Of a stretch of 51,485 nucleotides of DNA, positions 38,382 through 49,479 are shown one piece after another (the stretch's first letter is position 1; each line of letters starts with the position of its first letter). Both the position numbers and the translations under genes were made by a program. The notes below the pieces were generated by a model. That model made no database searches. It was not told where the DNA came from and was given only the letters and a program-made list of their open reading frames with translations. Source of the DNA: Octopus bimaculoides (lineage: Eukaryota); contig NC_068987.1 in assembly GCF_001194135.2 (NCBI RefSeq), forward strand, positions 26,778,979 to 26,830,463, given 5' to 3'.

Positions 38382-38479
<98 letters not shown>

Positions 38480-38714
38480 NNNNNNNNNNNNNNNNNNNNN
38501 NNNNNNNNNNNNNNNNNNNNNNNNNNNNNNNNNNNNNNNNNNNTTATTATTATTATTATTATTATTATTATATGTATTTATTTTCTCCTAGTTAATAAAT
38601 AACTCGGACAAAATAAATTGGTTAATAGATACCAGGGTAGAAAAGATCACAAAATGACTGTGGTGTAATTCCTGTTTATGAGGTAGAAACTCCTTGTTAT
38701 TTTGGGTACTTGAG

Positions 38715-38982
38715 TATATATAAATTTAGTAAATGAAGTAAAACGCATATGTTAACTGCATACTTTTAATTCCAACATATGTTTCGAAGATTACGAATTA
38801 TACCTTCCATAGGAATAGGTGATGTTGATAAGAATGTAATCTTCTGTTCGGGAAATGCATGGGAACCAGCTTAAACGGAAGACGTATTGACCGAATATCC
38901 GGTATAATTTGTAATCTTCGAAACATATGTTGGAAATAAAAGTATTCAGTTAACATATGCGTTTTACTCCATTTACTAAATG

Positions 38983-38990
<8 letters not shown>
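38715..38990. mobile_element. MITE-like fold-back with near-perfect arms of about 90 bp (38715-38804 and 38901-38990)
   Basis: tttagtaaatgaagtaaaacgcatatgttaactgcatacttttaattccaacatatgtttcgaagattacgaattatacc differs from the reverse complement of the right arm at only about 5 positions; embedded in TA repeats. Confidence 0.85.
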
Positions 38991-39028
<38 letters not shown>

Positions 39029-39189
39029 ACACACACACTCACATATGTATACGTCTATGTACACGTAACCACACGCACACACACATATAGATAAGTTAGC
39101 ATGCATTTTCAGGCATCCACGCATACATGTAAAATATAATGAATGATGATGATAATAATAAGTACTAATAATAATTAGTACTGATATTA

Positions 39190-40470
39190 GAATGGAATTT
39201 GGACTCAAGAAGTGCGGAATAATCTACCTATAAAGAGTGAAAATTACAGTCCCTAGTAGGGATATAATTACCAAATAGAGACTTGATTAAACAAATTGAG
39301 AAGGAAGGCCACAAATACCTTGGTGTACTAGAGTCCAACGAGATAATGGAGAAGGAAATGAGGATAGAGTATTTCCGAAGACTAAGGTTGGCGTTGGGTT
39401 CAAAATTGACTGCAGGGAATAAAATCGAAGCAGTTAATACGTGGGCGATAGTATCCCTTCGGTATTGAGGGGGAATTATAAAATGGCGAAAAAGAGAAGT
39501 GATGAAAATGGATACCAAGACCTGAAAAATGTTCACAGTACACGGAGACTTCCACCCCCAAAAATGACACCGATAGGCTGTACTTGTCCTGAAGAAAGGG
39601 TGAGAGAGCTTTGATCAGTTGTCAGGACTGCATCAAAGCAGAGGAAAACGGCTTAAGGTGGTGTATAAAAAATGCCGTAGAGCCATTGTTGAAAGATACG
39701 AAGAAAGCCGATGTCATCAACACTGAAACTTTCGTAATGAAAGAAAAAATGTAAACAAGAAATAAAGAAATAAAGTAACACAAATAAAAAAAAAAGAATG
39801 GAAGGAGAAAATGTACGGTCAGTTTGCAAGATATATGAACAGCAAGATAGATACAGAAGATCAGTGGCTATGGATCAAGTGGAGTGACCTGAAGATAGAG
39901 ACAGAAACACTCATGCGGAGCTCATGAACGAGCGTTAAGGACCATCTATATGAAGTGAATAATAGACAACACCACCGACAGCAACAAATGCAGAATGGAG
40001 AAATTGGCACAATGCGAATATAAAATTCGCCATGACAATGTGGCATGAATGATGCATTAGAGGCTCTCTGTAAGTTACGGCCTATGAAGAGCAATGACGT
40101 GGTACGAGAAAACTTCAGAAGTGTTCACCGAAAATGAGGATTGCAAAATCAAGTGTGATCACCTGACCAGACATCGGAGACCGGACGTGAATGTGGAGAA
40201 TAAAAAAAGCAAGACTATGCATGATTATCGACATTGCACGCTCCGTAACAACAGGATCAATGCGAAAGAAGAAGAAAAAATAAACAACTATGACGGTTTG
40301 AAGTGGGAAATACGAAGGTTGTGCTCAATGAGGAGAGTAGACGTGATACCAGTTGTAACTGGAGCCCTTGGAAGCATCAACACTCAACTACAAACATGGC
40401 TAAAAATGATTGGTGCCAGTGTGAAGGTAGAACACCTACAAAAATCAGCATTGCTTGTAACTCCAAGCAT
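39190..40470 (+). mobile_element. R4/Dong-like non-LTR retrotransposon 3' half (RT thumb to restriction-like endonuclease), decayed
   Basis: EFGLKKCG, HKYLGVLE, SKLTAGNKIEAVNTWAI, DRLYL, HRRPDV, VIPVVTGALGS, HLQKSALL. Confidence 0.9.
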
Positions 40471-40544
40471 ATATATANNNNNNNNNNNNNNNNNNNNNNN
40501 NNNATATATATATATATATATATATATAGTTCTAATCCATATTC

Positions 40545-41020
40545 TGATCCTGCTATTATGGCGATACAGATCCGATAGTTGGGTCTCCTGCACTTTTTTA
40601 CGGTCGTCTTTGTGGTTACCGTTGAGTGTAATTTGGACTGGGTTAAACTCTTTTTCATTGATTTTAGTTGTCTCTTACTTTTGATGATTGTGTATGTTTT
40701 GGGGATTTGATTCATCTTTGGGTTTCTCGTGATTAGAACTGTTCTCTCGAGTATAGTGTTAAAGGCTTCATTGTTATGTGGGCTGTGCGTAGAAATGTAA
40801 GACATGGTTTTCAATTTTTATTTTTCTTCCTTCTTTGGTCTTGGGTATTTAATTTAAGTACCCGTTGGATCGTACTGTCGATTAAGGGTTGTGGGTTCCT
40901 ATTGATGTGTGTGGTTTTCAATTCCTGGAGTCGTGTGTAACAAGTCCTTCTGATATTATTGTGCATATTCTTTTGGCTTAACAAAATGGGATATTCATCC
41001 TGGCATATCTCAGGTGGCAA
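40545..41020 (-). mobile_element. Penelope-like element fragment (RT C-terminus to linker)
   Basis: SCHLRYARMNIPFC*AKRICTII, TRLQELKT, YISTHSPHNNEAFN, IIKSKRQLKSMKKSLTQSKL, KKCRRPNYRIC. Confidence 0.8.
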
Positions 41021-41798
41021 GAATCAAATGGCAGGTTTTAAAAAACTGAAAACCAAAACATGGGAAACGGAAACAAAACACTCTTCTTTTGTATTTATAT
41101 AAAGAAAATTAAAATGTACCTAATTTCAGAAGAGTAGCATTTTCGTTCTTCCTTTTCATATATATGATGTATGATTATATATATTTATTTGTATTCTATA
41201 GAATCTGCTTTTTTTATATAATATGAATTTTTACATATAACTATGCATGAGAACAAGCGTTAATACGTGCCTGTACATATGTGTGTGCGCGTGCTTGAGT
41301 GCATGTATGTTTGTCTGTATGCACTTGCACGCTTCTATGTCGATGAGAAACAAAAGAAACTATATGTAATTCCTATAGAAATTTGTATTCGAAAATAGAG
41401 ACGACTCTTGTAATATATATGACTATGATGACACATCTGATGTAAGATCATAATCATATACATGACACTCTTTAGCATTCTCTATGTACTTGTATGTTTG
41501 TGTAAGTGCGTATACTGTCATAGTGTACACATGCATGTGTTATCTTTAATCATATACGTCTCAATGTATTTCCTCCGGGCATAAGCAAAATACATTATCA
41601 GATACCTACATGAAAACATTTGAATTTATGTGGGCTGTATTTGTTTCGTCGGAGAATATCTTGTCCTTCTTCAGTGCGTGTAGAGTAAATTTTAAATTTG
41701 ATGATGAATTGTTTCCAAGATGGTAATTTACGAGTCATTAATCTTGTCATTAGAATGTATATTTACAATATTTATATGTTCAATTTGTTCTGAAAGCT

Positions 41799-42237
41799 TT
41801 AGTGTTCAACAAGTGTAATTATATCTGCTGGAAGAGCCAATGGTTTATTTAAGATGTATGTTGCTAATCTTGCTATACAAATGAAGTTCATTAGTTCGAA
41901 TTCATTCTGTATATATAGAAGTATAAGAGGAAATTCAGAGCGTATCCTAGATGTAGCATTGTAAACGTGCATTCTAAAGCTGAAGTTACTTCTTATCTTT
42001 TGTCTTGATAATTTAACTGCAGCCATGCTGGGGCACGCATTGAAGGGTTTTAGTCGAACAAATCGACTCTAGGACTTATCAGTTTTTGATGTCTAGTACT
42101 CATTCCATCATCTCGCTTCGCCGAACCACTAAGTTACGGGGATATGAACACACCACCACCGGTTGTCATGTATCGAATGGGAACAAAGACACACACACGT
42201 ACACATACGTACACATACGTACACATACGTATACACG

Positions 42238-42274
<37 letters not shown>

Positions 42275-43904
42275 TCGCACGCACACACATGTGCGTCGGG
42301 TTCCTTTCAGTTTCTGTCTACGAGATACACTTACAAGATTTTTGTCAGTCCGAGACTAGAGTAGAAGACACTTGCTCAATTTGCCACGCGGAGGGACTAA
42401 ACCCGGAGCCATGTGATTGAGAAGCAAGTTCCTACCACACAGCTACGCCCGAGCCATACAAAGTATATCACAATTAGTTTTAAATGCATTTGCCTAGAAT
42501 TCAGTAGTGAATTCTGAAAGTCTAGCGCCATATCCAGAAGTATATGTTGGTAAATATAGTTCAGAAGTTTGTATTGGTGGTCAATAAATACAACTAATAA
42601 ATTAATTATGAATCATTATTTCTTTAGATGCAAAGAAAAAGAAACACATCTGTAGATTTGAAATATTTGTAAACATCCATTGAGCGATATATACATTTAC
42701 AATAAACTTTCTGATGTATAAATTTTGAGTCTGCAGTAGGTAATACTTGCTCCGTAATAATTTCTTTAGTGAATGTCACTGAGATTAACGGGATACAAAT
42801 TACTATGAAAAGGTTGATGGTGAACTCTCTAAGTTATCCTTCTAGCATCTAAGAGAAGATGTATATCCGTCTCCGTTGTGTCTATGGGTAAAACAAAATT
42901 TCAACAGATCTGTCTAATTAAAACTATATATATATATATATATCAGTGTCCTTTTGTTTTGGTTGTAAATCTAAATGTTCCGGTTGCTGTGGCTACTTAC
43001 TATCAACGATTCATAAAATTCAAGGAATTAGCGAGGCGTCAGCCAAATCCAGTCCTCCCTACAGAAAGATTCTTCTAATTGACAATAACCGGGACTAGCC
43101 AAAATATTAATGCATTTCTAAATGAAGAACATAGATGAACGACTAAACAAGACCAGTAAGAGATTTCTAAAATAGCATTTATTGCCTACTTTACCAGACA
43201 AACAAGAGATTTCTAAGATAACATTATTTATGGCCTAAATTTTCTGGAAGACAGTAGATTAAACTGATTAAATGTAATGGAAGATTTATAGAATTCACCT
43301 GAATTCATTTTTTGATATATATGACGGGGGACATGTTAAAGTGGAAAAATATTAGTTCTTAGCGAGCTGGTGCAGTGCGACCATTAAATTGCAAGAGATT
43401 GTGAGTATATGTGCATCCTACTGGATATGTATGTGTAATAAACCCTAATCCAATAAGCGTTTCAGTTATTTGATCTCCCAGAGATTTCTACTTGTAGTTG
43501 GAATTGTATCAGAACAAACCACTTTTTGTAGGTGCAGTTGTGGTTGGAAGAAATGATGCTTGCTTCTCAACTACACAGTACTGGTTTCGGTCCCAATGCG
43601 TGGCNNNNNNNNNNNNNNNNNNNNNNNNNNNNNNNNNNNNNNNNNNNNNNNNNNNNNNNNNNNNNNNNNNNNNNNNNNNNNNNNNNNNNNNNNNNNNNNN
43701 NNNNNNNNNNNNNNNNNNNNNNNNNNNNNNNNNNNNNNNNNNNNNNNNNNNNNNNNNNNTGGACTGGACATTCCTCTGTTTCCAAAGAAGAGCGTCTGCT
43801 CGAAACGTTGAAACATATTTCTTTCCTTTCCTGAGCGTCTGCCAATACATTACATCTGCCATGTCCTCGCATTTGTGTTTTTTGCTTTTTCTTTTTGGAT
43901 TTAC

Positions 43905-43962
<58 letters not shown>

Positions 43963-45459
43963 AATGTTTGTGTCTGTTTGTGCTTGTGTGTATGTGTGTA
44001 AATGTGTGTATCTGTGCGTATGTGCGTGCGTTTGTGTGTGTATGTGTGTGTGAGTGTCTTTGTGCATGTACCTGTCTGCTACCACCGCTTGGCAATGGGT
44101 AGCGATATGTTTACCTCACTGTGGCATAGCAGAGTAATTACCAGGCCTGGAAAAATAAGGACCAAGCTTAATTCATTCGACAAAAAACTCTCCAAAGCAA
44201 CGCTCCAGCATAGCCACATTGTAATGACTGAAACAAGTGAAAGATGAAAGATATATCAATGGTTGCATGAGGTAACATTCATACTGATTCTCAAAATACA
44301 ATTAATATAAAGCAGAGTTACTTATCCCAGCAAACTTACGTTTCTGATACTTCCTCTCTTTAACTCATTACTCATATTGCTTGTAACTTCCTGGCTACCC
44401 ACTTACCGCTTCGCACAGTTCTCCTATCCAGTGTGTCAGCTCTTTATATTTTCCTCCATGCCGATTTTCATATGCAACTATTCAAAAGATATATTAATCG
44501 CTTTGATTTCCTCGGTCTTTAGGGATCTTCGAAGGCCAGATACACTTTACACCTGAGTAAAGCATTTATTTATTTAACTTAATTCACAACAAGATTAAAT
44601 GCATAAATTGAACTCAGGAGACAGAGGTGCAGAATAAAAAGTTCGAATACTTTTCGTTCCCATGTATACAGTTTTAGTAACTTTCTAGAGAAAAGAAATA
44701 CGTAATATTTGATATTGTGTAAACTGATTTGCAAGGTTATACTGCGTTTATATCTGACTGCCGGTTTCTCCAACAGATTACTTTTTATATGTACAGTTTT
44801 ATAGTAGCAGTAATAAATTGATTACACTTGCAGAATATTCACTATGCAGATGCAATAAAATTAGATAAAATATATTTGAAAGAAAGTTGAGGATAGAATA
44901 AAACGTATAGCATAATTATATTGTAGAGTTTAGTTTCAAAGATAGGATTTGGAACGACCATAGCTGGCTGTAATAACATCACTTTTCAACGTTTTGCACA
45001 TAGACATATAATCAGCATGGTCTGCAATAAACCCTACCACACAAGTAAGATATATGAGTGTAGATTCTTTAATATGTCATTCTCTTGACTAACAGATACT
45101 ATGGGTTTTTTTTCTTTAGATGCATATTTCCCCACCAGTCACTATAATACTTGCTGTAAATGGTAATTACGGAATATAATCAGGATTTATGACACAAAAA
45201 TAACAGTAACAATTTTGTAGGTTGGCACTCTGCTTACAGTGATACCAAATAGCTGATCTCTACTTATGTTTATCAATCCCGAATCGATGAGAAGTATATC
45301 TGATGCGGCGGATTTTTCAGTTTAGAATACAAATGGACATAACTAAATAATAGAAATAATCTTACCCGATGTTCTATCAATTCTAACCAAATTCCTGATG
45401 ATTTTAAAACAAAATTTAACAATATACCTTGGACACACAAACACACACACACACACACA

Positions 45460-45544
<85 letters not shown>

Positions 45545-45797
45545 AAACACACGCACACACATAGTATAAATGAGTGACAAAGAGTTACATGCGTACACCT
45601 ATACCTCTTTGCCACTCATTTATACTTTAATCATCTATCCTGAAATCTGCGCTTCGTAAATATTATAGAAAGTATACTAATATAAAGTACATGTCTGAAT
45701 AGCCAAGAGGAGATCTCTTCACTAAGATGAGTCGTATTATCTACATACGCAGCAAGAATATCAGGTGCTGGCTCTTCTGCACCGAGTCTGATATTCA
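41799..45797 (-). CDS. Candidate micro-exon gene fragment of unknown product: exons 45749-45797, 45366-45394, 44407-44477, [43001-43058, 42747-42778], 41799-41906
   Basis: All have AG/GT boundaries (donors gtatgt, gtaaga, gtaagt, gtaagt, gtatta) and compatible phases. The first three join as [50 protein letters not shown]; the last reads [35 protein letters not shown]. The exons were selected by eye and no homology is recognised. Confidence 0.4.
42012..42456 (-). mobile_element. SINE family B, full length
   Basis: Head, gtagaagacacttgctcaa CORE-like segment, internal (CA)n and tail all match the copy at 26618. Confidence 0.9.
43528..44250 (+). mobile_element. SINE family B (head 43528-43604, tail 44070-44250) with a Penelope-associated repeat (43760-43900) inside or adjacent; an assembly gap intervenes
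   Basis: Head gtaggtgcagttgtggtt...gcttgcttctcaactac...cccaatgcgtggc; tail gctccagcatagccacattgtaatgactgaaacaag; internal gaagagcgtctgctcgaaacgttgaaac. Confidence 0.7.
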
Positions 45798-45989
45798 CTT
45801 AATAAAACTTGGGTATGCATGTTACTCCGGCCTAAGAAGGTGCTTCAATTTAAGTATCTATGTATATATTTGAACATTTGTCGTTCTGGTAAAAAAAAAC
45901 TTCTGTATTAATAGGCTATGGTGTTATTCACCAAAGGGAGATAATTCGCCAGACAAGGTTATAATACATTCGAGACAAATATTAGAAAA

Positions 45990-46140
45990 CGAAATGTAAA
46001 TAAAACCATTATATTCAATGTTTTCTCAATATCCTCAAGATTTTCCTACATTATTTGTGAGAAAATGGAAATTAAACAATGCCAGAAGGTAAAGTTGTTT
46101 AAAGAATTCAAATCGGAAATAGACAAAATATTGTGAGCGG
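45990..46140 (+). mobile_element. Possible CR1/L2-like LINE extreme 3' end
   Basis: FSYIICEKMEIKQCQKVKLFKEFKSEIDKIL* loosely resembles the FS.RV...WN.L...V...S...FK..LD..L terminus; followed by a microsatellite. Confidence 0.3.
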
Positions 46141-46255
46141 TGGAAGGTGTAGCAGGATGATGATGAGGAGGATAATCAGAAGTAGTAGTAGTAGTAGCAG
46201 TAGTAGTAGAAGTAGTTACAATGATAACATCAATATCAGCAGCATGAGCAACATG

Positions 46256-46389
<134 letters not shown>

Positions 46390-46390
46390 T

Positions 46391-47440
46391 ATCATGTACA
46401 TTGTTTTGTCTTGGTATAAAAAGATGGGCTACAGCAAATATTCTGCTTAATACCACAGATTTGCTTGTCAGTTGTNNNNNNNNNNNNNNNNNNNNNNNNN
46501 NNNNNNNNNNNNNNNNNNNNNNNNNNNNNNNNNNNNNNNNNNNNNNNNNNNNNNACAATATGTGCATCTCTGATCATGAGCAGAAGTAGTGGGGGAGCAT
46601 CATAGCCATGTGTTGAGACGAATTCTTTGGGGTCTGAATAATTCACCTTTGGAAACATGGGTGTTTTGTTCATTATCCTTAAAACAAACCTTATTCAGGG
46701 ACCTTTTGAGCGGGATGGGCTACTCGACCTGAAGAAAATTCTAACTGGGCCCCACCTGCGAGGTCATGTGCTGTTTACCTTGATATGAGATCACCATGTC
46801 GCGCACATATGGTTGTGATGCATGTGCCTGGTGTACCCTTATCAGACGGGTAGTCATGATGGGTATATTGGGCTTTGTATATTTTACCCCAGTGTCACTT
46901 TGATGGTATGCACTGCTCTCTCACTCAATAATAATAGTGGCTTCTGATCTGAACTGATTGGAAGTGTTATCATGTATATTGTTTGTCTTGGTATAATAGA
47001 TGGGATACTGCAAATATTCTGCTCAATACTACAATAGTGCTTGTCATTTGTTTGACCTTAATCAGTTGAGTATGTTCCTTGGTGTCTGACGATATGTGCA
47101 TCACTGATCCTCAGCAGAGGTAGTTGGGGAGCATCATAGCCATGTGTCGAGTGAAATTCTTTGGGGTTTGCATGAATCAACTCTGGAAACATGGGTATTT
47201 CTTGCAACATCCTTAAACAACTTTTGAGCGTGATATGCTACTCGAGCTGAAGAAAATTCTAAGCCCCACCTGCAAGATCATGCACTCTTAATCTTGATAC
47301 GAGATCACCGCTCGCGAACATATGGTAGTGATGCATGTGCCTCGTATACACTTTTCAGATGGGCAGTCATGATGGGTGTACTGGACCTCGCATATTTTAC
47401 CGCTGTGTCACTTTGGTGGCATGCACTGTTCTCTCACTCA
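46391..47440 (+). mobile_element. Two tandem diverged copies of a non-coding repeat of about 500 bp (46391-46935 and about 46969-47440)
   Basis: Copies are colinear from atcatgtacattg to gcactg.tctctcactca. The first is preceded by a (TAA)n array and followed by aataataata. Confidence 0.85.
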
Positions 47441-48335
47441 GGTTTGTGTAGGATGAAAGACTGCAAAGATAAAGCGCTATACAAGAAATTGAAAACGAAT
47501 GAAACTGAAAATAGGTGGGTAAAAGAAAAGAATGCATGGTCAATTTCATAGGGATGTTGAAGATAAGACACAAAGAGAAAAAATATGGCTAAAAGTGAAT
47601 TAAAACCGGAAACAGTGTCTCTAATCTGTGCTGCCAAAGAGCAAGCACTAAGAACAAACTACATAAAATACAGAATAGACAACACTTCAGAAAGTGATAA
47701 GTGCAGAATCTGTGGACAAAATGATGAAACCGTATGGCATATTACCAGCCAACGTACGCCAGTAGCCCAGAAGGAATATAAGTGACGCCACAGCAATATA
47801 GCAACGCTTCTCCATTGAACACATTGCACCAAATATGGACTTGACAGAGCAAAGAATTGGTACGACCACAAACCGGAAGGCATCATCGAAAATGATAATG
47901 CAAAGATCCTATGGGATTTTATGATTCAGTGCGACCATGAGATAGAGAATAGGAAGCCAGACATAGTCTTAATTGAGAAAGAAAGCAAATTATGCTGCAT
48001 CATAGATATAGCATGCCCAGCTGACGACAAAGTATGCGATAAGGAAGTAAGAACATTCGATAGATATGACAGGTTAGGTTGTGAGGTAAAGCAGTTGTGG
48101 TCGATGAAAAAGGTGGTAGTGGTACCAATAGTTGTCGGAGCCTTAGGAACAGTGAGTAAACGCCTTAAGAAGTACATGGAGCAAATAGTGGCTGCAATAA
48201 AGGAGAAAACAGCACTACTTAGAACCACTCGAATACTCTGGAAGGTGCTCGAAAACTAAGAAGTGCTACCTTAGTCCACTGGGAGTGAATAGTTGACAGC
48301 TGACACCGTAGTACATCTCCAGCGTTAGAAAATGT
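47441..48335 (+). mobile_element. R4/Dong-like element 3' fragment (zinc knuckle plus restriction-like endonuclease), with 3' UTR
   Basis: LKPETVSLICAAKEQALRTN, DKCRICGQNDETVWHITS, KILWDFMIQCDHEIENRKPDIV, IIDIACP, VPIVVGALG; followed by (CAA)n(TAA)n. Confidence 0.95.
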
Positions 48336-48342
48336 GCAAATC

Positions 48343-48384
<42 letters not shown>

Positions 48385-48468
48385 AATAATAATAATAGTA
48401 ATAATAATAATAATGATGATAATAATAATAATGATAATGATGATGATGATAATAATAACGTCAAAATC

Positions 48469-48504
<36 letters not shown>

Positions 48505-48505
<1 letters not shown>

Positions 48506-49255
48506 TCCTGGCTAAGAAGGAATATATTCACAGACACGACAGAGCTGGGACCTATATACACTGGAAGCTATGCCAACATTATGGAATAACAACAGAAAAA
48601 AGATGGTATAAANNNNNNNNNNNNNNNNNNNNNNNNNNNNNNNNNNNNNNNNNNNNNNNNNNNNNNNNNNNNNNNNNNNNNNNNNNNNNNNNNNNNNNNN
48701 NNNNNNNNNNNNNNNNNNNNNNNNNNNNNNNNNNNNNNNNNNNNNNNNNNNNNNNNNNNNNNNNNNNNNNNNNNNNNNNNNNNNNNNNNNNNNNNNNNNN
48801 NNNNNNNNNNNNNNNNNNNNNNNNNNNNNNNNNNNNNNNNNNNNNNNNNNNNNNNNNNNNNNNNNNNNNNNNNNNNNNNNNNNNNNNNNNNNNNNNNNNN
48901 NNNNNNNNNNNNNNNNNNNNNNNNNNNNNNNNNNNNNNNNNNNNNNNNNNNNNNNNNNNNNNNNNNNNNNNNNNNNNNNNNNNNNNNNNNNAATTCCTAT
49001 CATAGTAGGTGCCTTAGGTATAATAAAAAAATATTCAGACAAATACATAACAAAAACACCAGGACTTACAAATATATATAACATACAGAAAATTGCACTA
49101 CTGGATACTGCACACATTCTACGCAAAGCACTTTCAATACAGTAAACATAAGAGCACCACAGCAAACCACAGCACATACCCAAGGCGCACAGACCTGCGC
49201 TCGGTAGTGAAGTGAAAGCACGTTATAAAAATAAAACTACTGAATAATAATAATA
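48505..49255 (+). mobile_element. R4/Dong-like element 3' fragment of a second lineage, gap inside
   Basis: LAKKEYIHRHDRAGTYIHWKLC...IPIIVGALGIIKK...IQKIALLDTAHILRKALSIQ*, then a 3' UTR and a TAA tail. Confidence 0.9.
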
Positions 49256-49395
49256 ACACCTACAAAAATCATCATTGCTTGTGACTGCAAAAATTCTTTG
49301 CAGGGTTCTTGATGCATGACCAGTAAAGAAGTGTCTGTTGGCTGTCGACAGCTGACACTTTCCATCATACCCAGTTAAACAAGCTGAGGTTTCAT

Positions 49396-49470
<75 letters not shown>
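49256..49470 (+). mobile_element. Extreme 3' end of a third R4/Dong-like copy with its (TAA)n tail
   Basis: HLQKSSLLVTAKILCRVLDA*, a short UTR, then (TAA)n at 49397-49480. Confidence 0.8.
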
Positions 49471-49478
<8 letters not shown>

Positions 49479-49479
49479 A

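Noticed and set aside
43001-43058. Assignment to selenoprotein L
   Set aside because: Apart from UxxU spacing, the sequence lacks the thioredoxin-like context; no gene symbol given.
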